A DNA stretch of 16,770 nt from an archaeon (GCA_037147375.1 JBAWVI010000006.1:1-16770); one strand, 5' to 3'. Positions 6,223-14,249 are shown, numbered from the stretch's first letter. Translations and numbers: made by a program. Notes: generated by a model not told the origin, from the letters alone.

Positions 6223-8424
6223 ATGAAAAAAAAAGAAATTAATCTTTCAATTAAAGGAATGCATTGTGCAAGTTGTTCAACATTAATAGAAAATGGACTT
6301 AATAAAAAAGAAGGAATAATTTCTACAAACGTAAATCTTACTACTGAAAAAGCAACAGTTGTTTTTGATCAAGAGACTATAACTTCTCTTGAGATTATAA
6401 AAACAATAGAAGGAAAAGGATATGGTGCTGAATTAATTGATTTAGATCAAGATCCAACTAAGCTTAAGGAAGAGAAGAAGAAAGATTTTCAAAAATTAAA
6501 AAATCTTTTCATATTTGCGTTAGTGTTTGCAATTCCAACTTTAATTATGATGATCTTAGGTTGGTTTGGTATTGAAATGCCATATATGGATTACATCTTG
6601 TTTGTGCTTGCAACTCCAGTTCAATTTATTGCTGGCTTTGGATTTTATAAAGGCACATGGGGTGCACTAAGAAACAAGAGTGCAAACATGGACACTCTTG
6701 TGTCTATTGGAACTCTTTCTGCATATCTATTAAGTGTATATAATGTTTTGTTAAGTCCTGGTAGTCCACAATACTTTGAAATATCAATAATATTAATTAC
6801 TCTTGTTCTTCTTGGTAAGCTTCTTGAAGCAATTGCAAAAGGAAGAACAAGTGAAGCAATTAAGAAATTAATTAATCTTTCTCCAAAAACAGCTATTGTT
6901 ATAAAGAATGGAAAAGAAATAATTGTTTCTGTTGAAGATCTTAAGGTAGGAGACATCTTTTTAGTTAAACCAGGAGAAAGAATTCCAGTTGATGGAATAA
7001 TTATTGAAGGAGACTCATCTATTGATGAAAGCATGATAACTGGAGAGAGCATGCCTATTGAAAAAAGAAAAGGAGATTCTGTTATTGGTGCAACAATTAA
7101 CAAACACGGAATCTTAAAGGTTAGAGCAACAAAAGTTGGGAAAGATACAACTCTTGCACATATAATCAAACTTGTTGAAGATGCTCAAGGAAAGAAAGCA
7201 CCTATTCAAAGATTTGCAGATAATGTTTCATCTTACTTTGTTCCAATTGTTATTGGAATTGCTTTGGTTTCAGGTCTTGTTTGGTATCTATTAATGGGTG
7301 AAACTCTATCTTTCTCTATACTTATTGCAGTTGGTGTTCTAGTTATTGCTTGTCCATGCGCTTTAGGGCTTGCTACCCCCACAGCAATCATGGTTGGAAC
7401 AGGAAAGGGTGCAGAAAATGGTATCCTAATCAAAGGTGGAGATGCCTTAGAAACAGCACATAAACTAAAGTACATGATATTTGATAAAACAGGAACATTA
7501 ACTATAGGTAAACCTGTTGTTACTGAAATAATTCCAAGCAAAGGAGTAACAAGTAATCAATTTCTTGAAATTGCAAGCAGTATTGAAAAGAACTCAGAGC
7601 ACCCTCTTGCAGAAGCAATTGTAAATTATGGAAAAGAAAAGAAAATAAGTTTTAAGAACACAATAAACTTTAAGGCTATACCTGGTTATGGAATAACTGC
7701 AAAGCTAAATAAAAAAACATATTATTTTGGAAACACAAAGCTTATGGCACAAAAGAATATTCCATACAAAAGCATTTTAGAAAAAATGCAAGAGCTTGAA
7801 ACTAAAGGAAAAACAGTAATGATATTAAGTGATGAGAAAAAAGTTCTTGGAATTATTGGAGTTGCGGATATAATTAAAGATTCATCTCCAAAAGCAGTAA
7901 GTGAGCTTAAGAAACTTGGAATAATTACTTACATGATAACTGGAGATAACAAGAGAACAGCAGATGCTATTGCAAAGCAGGTTGGAATTGAAAATGTATT
8001 TTCAGAAGTCCTTCCAGAAGATAAAGCAAGCTATGTTAAGAAGCTTCAAGAGAATGGAAAATACAAGGTTGGAATGGTTGGAGATGGAATAAATGATTCA
8101 CCAGCTTTAGCTCAAGCAGATATTGGAATTGCTATGGGAAGTGGAACAGATGTAGCAATGGAAACAGGAAACATTATTCTTATGAAAAGTGATTTAGAAG
8201 ATGTTCCAAAAGCAATTAAGTTATCAAAGCAAACAATGAGAAAGATTAAGCAGAACATGTTTTGGGCTCTCTTCTATAATGTAATTGGAATACCAATTGC
8301 AGCGGGAGTTCTATACCTTTCAACAGGTTGGCTTTTATCTCCAATAATTGCAGGAGGAGCAATGGCCCTTAGCAGTGTAAGTGTAGTAACAAATTCACTT
8401 ATGCTTAAGAAAAAGAAATTATAA
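6223..8424 (+). CDS. copA: copper-translocating P1B-type ATPase
   Basis: 733 aa. One N-terminal HMA domain (GMHCASC). TGES (ITGES). CPC in TM6 at 7351-7359 ([13 protein letters not shown]). Phosphorylation site DKTGT at 7483-7497. HP (SEHPLA). Hinge [10 protein letters not shown]. Confidence 0.95.
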   Translation: MKKKEINLSIKGMHCASCSTLIENGLNKKEGIISTNVNLTTEKATVVFDQETITSLEIIKTIEGKGYGAELIDLDQDPTKLKEEKKKDFQKLKNLFIFALVFAIPTLIMMILGWFGIEMPYMDYILFVLATPVQFIAGFGFYKGTWGALRNKSANMDTLVSIGTLSAYLLSVYNVLLSPGSPQYFEISIILITLVLLGKLLEAIAKGRTSEAIKKLINLSPKTAIVIKNGKEIIVSVEDLKVGDIFLVKPGERIPVDGIIIEGDSSIDESMITGESMPIEKRKGDSVIGATINKHGILKVRATKVGKDTTLAHIIKLVEDAQGKKAPIQRFADNVSSYFVPIVIGIALVSGLVWYLLMGETLSFSILIAVGVLVIACPCALGLATPTAIMVGTGKGAENGILIKGGDALETAHKLKYMIFDKTGTLTIGKPVVTEIIPSKGVTSNQFLEIASSIEKNSEHPLAEAIVNYGKEKKISFKNTINFKAIPGYGITAKLNKKTYYFGNTKLMAQKNIPYKSILEKMQELETKGKTVMILSDEKKVLGIIGVADIIKDSSPKAVSELKKLGIITYMITGDNKRTADAIAKQVGIENVFSEVLPEDKASYVKKLQENGKYKVGMVGDGINDSPALAQADIGIAMGSGTDVAMETGNIILMKSDLEDVPKAIKLSKQTMRKIKQNMFWALFYNVIGIPIAAGVLYLSTGWLLSPIIAGGAMALSSVSVVTNSLMLKKKKL

Positions 8425-8470
8425 AATAGTTATATTTTTAAATACTTGCACTCACAATATGTGTGTAAGT

Positions 8471-8485
8471 GTGATTAATTATCAC
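8471..8485. promoter_or_regulatory. inverted repeat GTGAT-N5-ATCAC between the TATA-like box and the SD of the TA operon (candidate autoregulatory operator)
   Basis: GTGAT (8471-8475) TAATT ATCAC (8481-8485). A third GTGAT at 8491-8495 overlaps the SD AAGGTGAT. TATA-like ttatatttttaaat lies at 8430-8443. Confidence 0.3.
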
Positions 8486-8498
8486 AAAAGGTGATTTT

Positions 8499-8756
8499 AT
8501 GATAAATGCAAGAATTTGTTTAGATGATGAAGCTAATAAAATATTAAATATATTTAAAGCAAAGAATGGGTTTAAAGATAAAAGTGAAGCAATTAATAAT
8601 TTTGTAAAGACTTATGGCAAACACGAAATATATCCAGAAGTTAAAGATGAATATATTTATGAGATGGAAAAAGGAATTGCTCAATACCTAAAGAGTAATC
8701 CAAATTTTAAGAAAAGTATTACAAAAAAGGAATTAGATAAATTGTTCAAGAAGTGA
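8499..8756 (+). CDS. ribbon-helix-helix-like antitoxin (resembles archaeal DUF2683-type small proteins)
   Basis: 85 aa. The N-terminus (INARICLDDEANKILNIFKAKNGFKDKSEAINNFVK) fits a beta-strand/helix/helix RHH layout. SD AAGGTGAT lies 3 nt upstream. The stop is 4 nt before the next ORF. Confidence 0.55.
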   Translation: MINARICLDDEANKILNIFKAKNGFKDKSEAINNFVKTYGKHEIYPEVKDEYIYEMEKGIAQYLKSNPNFKKSITKKELDKLFKK

Positions 8757-8760
8757 TATC

Positions 8761-9042
8761 TTGGTATTCAGATATGATTTATCAGATAATCTTAAAGATA
8801 AAATAAAAAAGTTATCTAAAAAGGATCCTTTACTTATAGATATTCTCTATAAAAAAATTAATGAAATAATATCTCAAACCCCAGAAACAATTGAGCACTA
8901 TAAAAATTTAAGAAATGAGTTATCTAATAGAATGAGAGTGCATATCGGAAAAAGTCATGTATTAACATTTGTATACTATAAGCAAGATAATTTTATTTTA
9001 TTTTGGGATTTTGCACATCATGATGAAATTTATAAAAAATAA
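8761..9042 (+). CDS. RelE/ParE-superfamily toxin-like protein
   Basis: 93 aa with a TTG start. The pattern F.Y.LS....KIKKL.KKD......I.KKI.EI...P....YK.L...LS...R.HIGK.HVL.F......FIL.WDF.HHDEIYKK matches the RelE/ParE layout as I recall it (helical N-terminus, R-x-R/H-I-G core, C-terminal H...Y). It is paired with a small upstream RHH gene. Confidence 0.55.
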   Translation: MVFRYDLSDNLKDKIKKLSKKDPLLIDILYKKINEIISQTPETIEHYKNLRNELSNRMRVHIGKSHVLTFVYYKQDNFILFWDFAHHDEIYKK

Positions 9043-10242
9043 TTATTTTCCAGCAACTATTTCTATACAATCATTATTCTTTAGAAGATGATCACGTCCA
9101 AGAAGCATTCTTGTTTTAACATCTATTGCTTTTATGAAATTATTTCCAAAATCTGAATGAAGCTTGTACGCAAAATCAATTGCTTTTGTTCCTGGTGGCA
9201 TTAAGAAGCAATCAGGAAGTATGTTTCCTTCTTTATCTCCTAACCCTTTTGTTCCTCCTGGATAAATTGCAACATACTTGAGAACATCAAAAACTGCTTT
9301 ATCAATTACGTTCTGAACTCCACTCTCTCCATAAACATCAAGAATATTCTTTTGTATAAACTCAAGAGCTGCTTTTTGTTTATCAGATAAATCTTCTTTT
9401 AGAATCTTAAATCCTTTATCTCCTGGAAGATAATCAATAACATGTGCTTTGTCTGCTGCCTTAAGTGCAAACTCAGATTCAGCAGAGCAAGGAATAATTG
9501 TAGTGTTTGGAAATTCTGCTTTTACTCTTTCATAAATGTCTTTTGCTCCAGGAACATCAATCTTGTTTGCAGCAATAATTATTGGTTTTGATCTTTCTCT
9601 TATAGTTCTTGTAAAAGTCATTAGTTCTTCTTCTGACCAATCAATTATTTCTTTTTCCTTAAGCTTAAGTTTAATTAATACTTCTTCTAGATCTTCTTCC
9701 TTAGTTCCAAGAGATGCATTCATAAATGACATGAGAGTACTTACTGTTTTTGCTTTCTTCATTTTCTGCTCGCGTCCAAGCTTTTCAAAATTCTTTTTGA
9801 AAATACCATACAACCATTGCTCAACTTCAGTTAAGAGAAATTTAATTTCAAGAGAAGGATCATAAGAACCAACCTTTACACTTCTTCCTTCTTCATCTGT
9901 TCCACCAGATATATCAATAACTTGTATTAAAGCATCAGCTTGATTTAAGTCTGTTAAGAATTTATTGCCAAGTCCTCTTCCTTCACTTGCTCCAGGAACA
10001 AGTCCAGCAACATCAATAACATCAACTGATAAATATCTAATATGATTCTTACAATAACCTGTTCTTGGATTACATTGAACATTAAAGAAAGTATCTATAC
10101 AATTATTTCTAACAAACCCAACTCCTTTATTTGGTTCAATTGTAGTAAATGGATAATTTGCGGCTTGAGCATCCATCATTGTTAAAGCTTTAAAGAAGGT
10201 TGTTTTACCTACATTTGGTTTACCTACGATTCCAACTAGCAT
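9043..10242 (-). CDS. Obg-family P-loop GTPase, YchF/DRG-like, with C-terminal TGS domain
   Basis: 399 aa. G1 GKPNVGKTT. ANYPFTTIEPNKG. G3 DVAGLVPGASEG. G4 NKID, which is canonical NKxD and so predicts GTP rather than ATP specificity. C-terminal TGS-like LHSDFGNNFIKAIDVKT...NDCIEIV. Its TAA stop abuts the stop of the convergent toxin gene (TAA|TTA at 9040-9045). Confidence 0.9.
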   Translation of the reverse strand: MLVGIVGKPNVGKTTFFKALTMMDAQAANYPFTTIEPNKGVGFVRNNCIDTFFNVQCNPRTGYCKNHIRYLSVDVIDVAGLVPGASEGRGLGNKFLTDLNQADALIQVIDISGGTDEEGRSVKVGSYDPSLEIKFLLTEVEQWLYGIFKKNFEKLGREQKMKKAKTVSTLMSFMNASLGTKEEDLEEVLIKLKLKEKEIIDWSEEELMTFTRTIRERSKPIIIAANKIDVPGAKDIYERVKAEFPNTTIIPCSAESEFALKAADKAHVIDYLPGDKGFKILKEDLSDKQKAALEFIQKNILDVYGESGVQNVIDKAVFDVLKYVAIYPGGTKGLGDKEGNILPDCFLMPPGTKAIDFAYKLHSDFGNNFIKAIDVKTRMLLGRDHLLKNNDCIEIVAGK

Positions 10243-10372
10243 AAATATCTTTTTCCTTATTATATTCTTAGATATATTTATGTCCAGAAAGGATTTAAAA
10301 CTAGTTGTATAAATCTATTTATATACTTTATTAGTGTATATAGTATAATTAAAAAGAGAAGGATCTGAGATT

Positions 10373-10756
10373 TTGGAAGATGATTTAAACTTAAATAAGA
10401 AACCAAAAAGAAAAGTTTCTACTTCAACTTATGTAGTTGTTACAATCTTAATTATTCTAGCAGGAGCTTATAGTTATTATATGTCTTTACCTGATCAGTT
10501 TGCAAAAAATAAAGATATTGCAATTCCTTTGTGTGTAAACTTATGTATTAAAGAACAAAGTAAAGGAACTATATTTGCAGATGGACCTTGTTTATCAGAA
10601 GAAGTTGCGCCTGGTTGGGTTTGTGATGTTGTACATATTCCAAGAGTTGGTTTAATTGATAATAAAGAACAAAACCAATGTCAAAGTTATGTTAATAAAG
10701 AAGCAAGACACTTTGTAGAAGTAAACACAGAATGTAGTTTTGTTAGAGCTAAATAA
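10373..10756 (+). CDS. small membrane-anchored protein with a six-Cys ectodomain (hypothetical)
   Basis: 127 aa. TTG start with a purine-rich agaaggat about 10 nt upstream. Basic N-terminus, then one TM (YVVVTILIILAGAYSYYM). The ectodomain has Cys at 54, 58, 73, 84, 103 and 121. No family recognised. Confidence 0.5.
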   Translation: MEDDLNLNKKPKRKVSTSTYVVVTILIILAGAYSYYMSLPDQFAKNKDIAIPLCVNLCIKEQSKGTIFADGPCLSEEVAPGWVCDVVHIPRVGLIDNKEQNQCQSYVNKEARHFVEVNTECSFVRAK

Positions 10757-10798
10757 ATTAGATTAATATTAAGCAATTTAATAACAAGCGAGTTAACT

Positions 10799-11290
10799 AT
10801 GAATAATACTAAGGTAAATAGTAATGATCTTATTACACTAAATATTTCTTGTTTAGAAGTAGTTTCTGTTGTTAAAACAGATATTTTTAAATATGGTAAT
10901 AGATACGATACAACTGTTACTTATTATATATCTCCAACAGATAAAAGTTCAAAAATCATTCCATTAGAAGGTAATTATGAAATTAAAGTTTATTCTATTG
11001 TAAAAGATAAATTTGGAAAAGAAATAAAAAGGGATTTAGTATATACTAAAGATAAAAAATTAATTGGACCATCTAGATTAAACATTTTTGATAATAAGGG
11101 TTATAAATTATCTTATAATTGGGATGAGATAAATCCAAAAGGCTGGTTTAAGGATATTAATTCGAAAACAAAAACATATGATAATTATGGAAAGATGATA
11201 GTAACTTTTACAGATAAAAACAATAATAAAATTATATCAAAAGAAGTTAATTGTAAGATAAGAGATCCAAATATAGATTTTTTAGAGTGA
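10799..11290 (+). CDS. hypothetical beta-rich protein, no recognisable family
   Basis: 163-aa ORF, K/N/Y/I-rich with alternating patterns that suggest beta strands. No signal peptide, TM or SD is evident. TGA stop. Confidence 0.4.
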   Translation: MNNTKVNSNDLITLNISCLEVVSVVKTDIFKYGNRYDTTVTYYISPTDKSSKIIPLEGNYEIKVYSIVKDKFGKEIKRDLVYTKDKKLIGPSRLNIFDNKGYKLSYNWDEINPKGWFKDINSKTKTYDNYGKMIVTFTDKNNNKIISKEVNCKIRDPNIDFLE

Positions 11291-11318
11291 TTTATTATAG
11301 TTGTAGTAAATTTTGTTT

Positions 11319-13394
11319 TCAAAATATTTTAAAAATCCAAATTAATATTCTTTTCAAAAAACTTTCTTTATTTTGATTATCTTGCTCCATTGTATTATCT
11401 TGTGCATCTGGTTCTTGATTCTGATTGTTTGGTTCAAGTTTTCTATCATCAATATTATTATTATTATTTGTTTCTTGATTATCTCCAAGCTCTTCAATTC
11501 CACCTTCAAAGAAATAAACATATCCATTCATTGCGTTTGCAACTATTATTCTTGTTTTATCATCTGATATATAAACAGAACCACGTGGTGCTGGCCACTT
11601 GATTGGATCTAATTGATATGACCATAACTCACTTCCTTTTCTGTTAACTAAACGAACAGAATCTCCTCCATAATAAGCAATGTAATTACTATCAGAGGTT
11701 ATGTACCCCCCATTTGCAGATCTAAGATTAAATAAAAGATTTCCAGAAGCATCAAAGACTGCATTGCTTATTGCAAGCTCTCCATTTGAACTTTGATACA
11801 TTAGAAAAGTTTCATCAGGAGATATTAATAAATTATCTGGACGAGCATCAATTGGGTATCTCCAAATTACATCACCAGTGTTTTTATTAAATAAACTAAC
11901 AAATCTTCCTACCTTTGGACCAACAAAAATATAATTATTAGATAAAACCATATTATAAGGCCATGAACCAATAAATGCTTTCCAATTAAGTTTTCCATTA
12001 AAATCAAAATTAAACATGTATGGATCTGAGCCAACATAAACAGATGTATCATCTTCTCTAAATAGAATATATCTAACTTGTCCATTATTTAAGTCTGTGT
12101 TCCATAATATTTTGTTATTATCAATATCTATGAAATAAAACTTACCAGCCCATGTTCCTGCAACAATATATTTGTTATTGTATGATATTCTTAGTTCACT
12201 TATTCCATCTCCAACTTCTCCTGGCTCAGATACATGATTTGGATCTCCCCAGTCTCCAATTCCAGGAATTTTAAATTCCCAAATTAAATCTCCTTTTTGA
12301 TTAAAGAGAATCAAGTAATCTCCACCATTCCAATTATTACTTTTTGGTCTATGTGCAGTTGCAATTAAGGTACCATCATCTGAAACATCAACAGTTGGAA
12401 TCTCATTTTCAAGTTTATATTTCCATAATAAGTTACCATCTGAACTGAAAAAATGTAAATATGCATTTTCATTTATGAAATCTGTACTTTCAGAACTATG
12501 GAATGGAACTGTTGCAAAGAATTTATGATCTCCTGAGAAATCAACTCTTGCTGGAGGAAGATTAGTATATATTTTATTAATTAATGTATAGCTTCCTTTT
12601 TCTGTTTGCCTATTTAATTTTATTTCTTTACTTAAATCTTCATTTTCCTTTGGAGAAAGAGCATAATTAAATTCATCATATCCATCTTTTCTAATAGTTA
12701 CACTATATTGAATATAATTTTTAAGAAAGCTTCTTTGGTAAGCGCGAACAGGAATACTAAAGCTTCCAAGCGAATCAGTTCTAACTTTGTATTCAACTCT
12801 TGGACCATTTGACCAAACAATTACTTCTGTATCATTAAGTGGTTTATTTGTTTCTGAATCATAAACAATTCCACTTACCTTTGCATTAGTGCTTATTTCT
12901 TGAAGATGATCTTGTGTTTTTTCAACTAAGATTTGATTATATAGAATAATTTCATTAACTGGAATATTATTAATAGAAATGTTTATGTAAAATGGATAAC
13001 CATATGTTTTTCCTTGTTCCCAAGTAGTTGTAAGATCAGAGAACCATTCAACCTTCATTACAAAATCTACTTGCTCTCCTGGCAATAGACGAGAAGGAGT
13101 TGGTTGAGGCCAAGTTTGAATTTCACTATCTTTTCCATTTATTTTCATGTTTCTTTCAAAACTTAAAGTAATATCATTTTGACTAATGTTCTTGATGTTT
13201 ACTATCCTGTCCATTGAATGTTCAAGTGGGTATACAAAGAGATTAGGTAATGGATCATAAGATATTTCATAAGTGTTTGTTGAAACTTTAGTATATTCAC
13301 CTTCAGCAACAATTATATTTAAAGTTGAAATAAGAACAAGAAAAGAGAAAACAAAAATATATTTCAATATATAATCTTTATTTTTATAAATCAT
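11319..13394 (-). CDS. secreted cell-surface protein: signal peptide, Ig-like region, CarboxypepD_reg-like domain, about 7-bladed PQQ/BamB-like beta-propeller, N/Q/D-rich stalk and short hydrophobic tail
   Basis: 691 aa. N-terminal signal (YIFVFSFLVLISTLNIIVAEG). VSGIVYDSETNKPLNDTEVIVWSN...RTDSLGSFSIPV resembles the carboxypeptidase-regulatory fold. A blade motif recurs every 40-59 aa between residues 320 and 592: GNLLWKY, GDLIWEF, NKILWNT, GKLNWKA, GDVIWRY, GNLLFNL, GSELWSY. Low-complexity residues 636-677 (NNNNNIDD...NQNQEPDAQDN). C-terminal FLKRILIWIFKIF. Confidence 0.8.
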   Translation of the reverse strand: MIYKNKDYILKYIFVFSFLVLISTLNIIVAEGEYTKVSTNTYEISYDPLPNLFVYPLEHSMDRIVNIKNISQNDITLSFERNMKINGKDSEIQTWPQPTPSRLLPGEQVDFVMKVEWFSDLTTTWEQGKTYGYPFYINISINNIPVNEIILYNQILVEKTQDHLQEISTNAKVSGIVYDSETNKPLNDTEVIVWSNGPRVEYKVRTDSLGSFSIPVRAYQRSFLKNYIQYSVTIRKDGYDEFNYALSPKENEDLSKEIKLNRQTEKGSYTLINKIYTNLPPARVDFSGDHKFFATVPFHSSESTDFINENAYLHFFSSDGNLLWKYKLENEIPTVDVSDDGTLIATAHRPKSNNWNGGDYLILFNQKGDLIWEFKIPGIGDWGDPNHVSEPGEVGDGISELRISYNNKYIVAGTWAGKFYFIDIDNNKILWNTDLNNGQVRYILFREDDTSVYVGSDPYMFNFDFNGKLNWKAFIGSWPYNMVLSNNYIFVGPKVGRFVSLFNKNTGDVIWRYPIDARPDNLLISPDETFLMYQSSNGELAISNAVFDASGNLLFNLRSANGGYITSDSNYIAYYGGDSVRLVNRKGSELWSYQLDPIKWPAPRGSVYISDDKTRIIVANAMNGYVYFFEGGIEELGDNQETNNNNNIDDRKLEPNNQNQEPDAQDNTMEQDNQNKESFLKRILIWIFKIF

Positions 13395-13567
13395 AACCTA
13401 TATAGTTAAATAAACCTAATTTAAATCTTTTGGATGTTTAGGCTTTGATTTTGCTTGGCCAGGTACCCCCCCGAAAAGAATATACACCTCTAAATAGTAG
13501 TATATGTAAGAATGGAAAAGGTTTTAATATGTTAAGGTATAAATATATCACCTATGGAGATAATCTT

Positions 13568-13831
13568 ATGAATCAAAATAATATTCTTCATTATCCTAAC
13601 CTAAAAACAGTTCTTGAGGTTGAAGATATAATTAAGAAATCAGATTTACCTTTAACAAGATATAAAATAATTAAGAAACTAAAAAATAAAGTTATGAAAC
13701 AAACTTTAAACGTAGTTATTGATTATCTTGGAGAAAGAGGAGTAATTTACGATAGTAAGAAAGGAATAATCTGGACATATCAACCAAAAGATCAATTAGA
13801 TAAAAGGATAAAGAATGGTCTTGAACTATGA
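13568..13831 (+). CDS. small winged-helix-like protein (hypothetical)
   Basis: I prefer the ATG at 13568 (87 aa) over the tracked TTG at 13445. A GGAGA SD (13556-13560) lies 7 nt upstream of 13568, and a TATA-like ggtataaatatatc lies upstream of that. The extension crosses the promoter-like region and has an odd composition. LPLTRYKIIKKLKNKVMKQTLNVVIDYLGERGVIY....GIIWTY looks like helix-turn-helix plus a wing. Confidence 0.45.
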   Translation: MNQNNILHYPNLKTVLEVEDIIKKSDLPLTRYKIIKKLKNKVMKQTLNVVIDYLGERGVIYDSKKGIIWTYQPKDQLDKRIKNGLEL

Positions 13832-14074
13832 AAGATTTGTATGATATATTTTATAAATATAAAGTTATTTGGATTTAAGAAAAAATGAAATTTATTGTAA
13901 TATCTTATTAATCTGTTTTAATTGATAAATATGGTTAAATTGAAGTTATTTTTACTTCAAGTATGCTTAAAATCCTTTTTAGAAAGAAAAATGGGTAAAT
14001 TAACCTTCTTTTAAATAATTTCAAAAAAACTGTGAAGGAAACAACAGATACCTTTTTAAACATTCCTACTCCAG

Positions 14075-14118
14075 TATTATATTACCGCGCTGAGTTTTTT
14101 CAGGCCGAAAGGTAATAT
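14075..14118 (+). ncRNA. candidate small structured RNA or terminator hairpin in the pre-23S spacer
   Basis: Perfect 10-bp inverted repeat TTATATTACC (14075-14084) / GGTAATATAA (14109-14118). It encloses a locally GC-rich 24 nt with an inner 4-bp helix CTGA/TCAG (14088-14091 / 14098-14101). T4 and T5 runs follow (ggttttgactgttttt). Strand and function are unproven. Confidence 0.3.
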
Positions 14119-14207
14119 AAGCGGTTTTGACTGTTTTTAATATCAAACATTTTTTGACTATCTTAAAACAGGATGAAAGAAGCTGGATATTTGTAGTTGT
14201 AATGCAT

Positions 14208-14218
14208 GTTCTATATAT
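14208..14218 (+). promoter_or_regulatory. TATA-like box for a stand-alone 23S rRNA transcription unit
   Basis: tctatatatac lies about 35-45 nt upstream of the first recognisable 23S sequence. No gene lies between it and the rRNA. TATA-like strings are frequent in DNA this AT-rich, so specificity is low. Confidence 0.3.
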
Positions 14219-14249
14219 ACGTCAAATATAAAGAATTTTTGCATTTCTT

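Noticed and set aside
6645-7541. Antisense ORFs inside copA (6645..7169 -, 7233..7541 -)
   Set aside because: They lie opposite an unambiguous P1B-ATPase frame (TGES, CPC, DKTGT). Long antisense ORFs are common in such genes.
8446-8471. Imperfect inverted repeat CACTCAC-aatat-GTGTGTG upstream of the TA operon
   Set aside because: It pairs only 3+2 bp around a mismatch. The cleaner GTGAT-N5-ATCAC dyad just downstream is the better operator candidate.
9536-9865. 109-aa plus-strand ORF inside the GTPase gene
   Set aside because: It is antisense to a frame carrying the G1/G3/G4 motifs. Its S/L/I-rich low-complexity translation marks it as a shadow ORF.
11373-11602. Two plus-strand ORFs (64 and 70 aa) opposite the 3' end of the surface-protein gene
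   Set aside because: They read the antisense of the N/Q/D low-complexity stalk, giving I/L/Y-rich junk.
13445-13567. TTG-initiated N-terminal extension of the small wHTH ORF (128-aa version)
   Set aside because: The extension runs through the GC island and TATA-like sequences. The internal ATG at 13568 has a properly spaced GGAGA SD. I kept the shorter CDS, though the ATG at 13529 remains possible.
13940-13960. 7-bp hairpin TTGAAGT-N7-ACTTCAA about 110 nt downstream of the wHTH gene
   Set aside because: It is all-AT-rich, short and expected by chance in this composition. At most it is a weak terminator-like element.
14160-14215. Possible C/D-box sRNA (GGATGAAAG ... CTGG) in the spacer
   Set aside because: The C box is imperfect. 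There is no proper D box (CUGA) at the expected distance, and no terminal stem or C'/D' pair.
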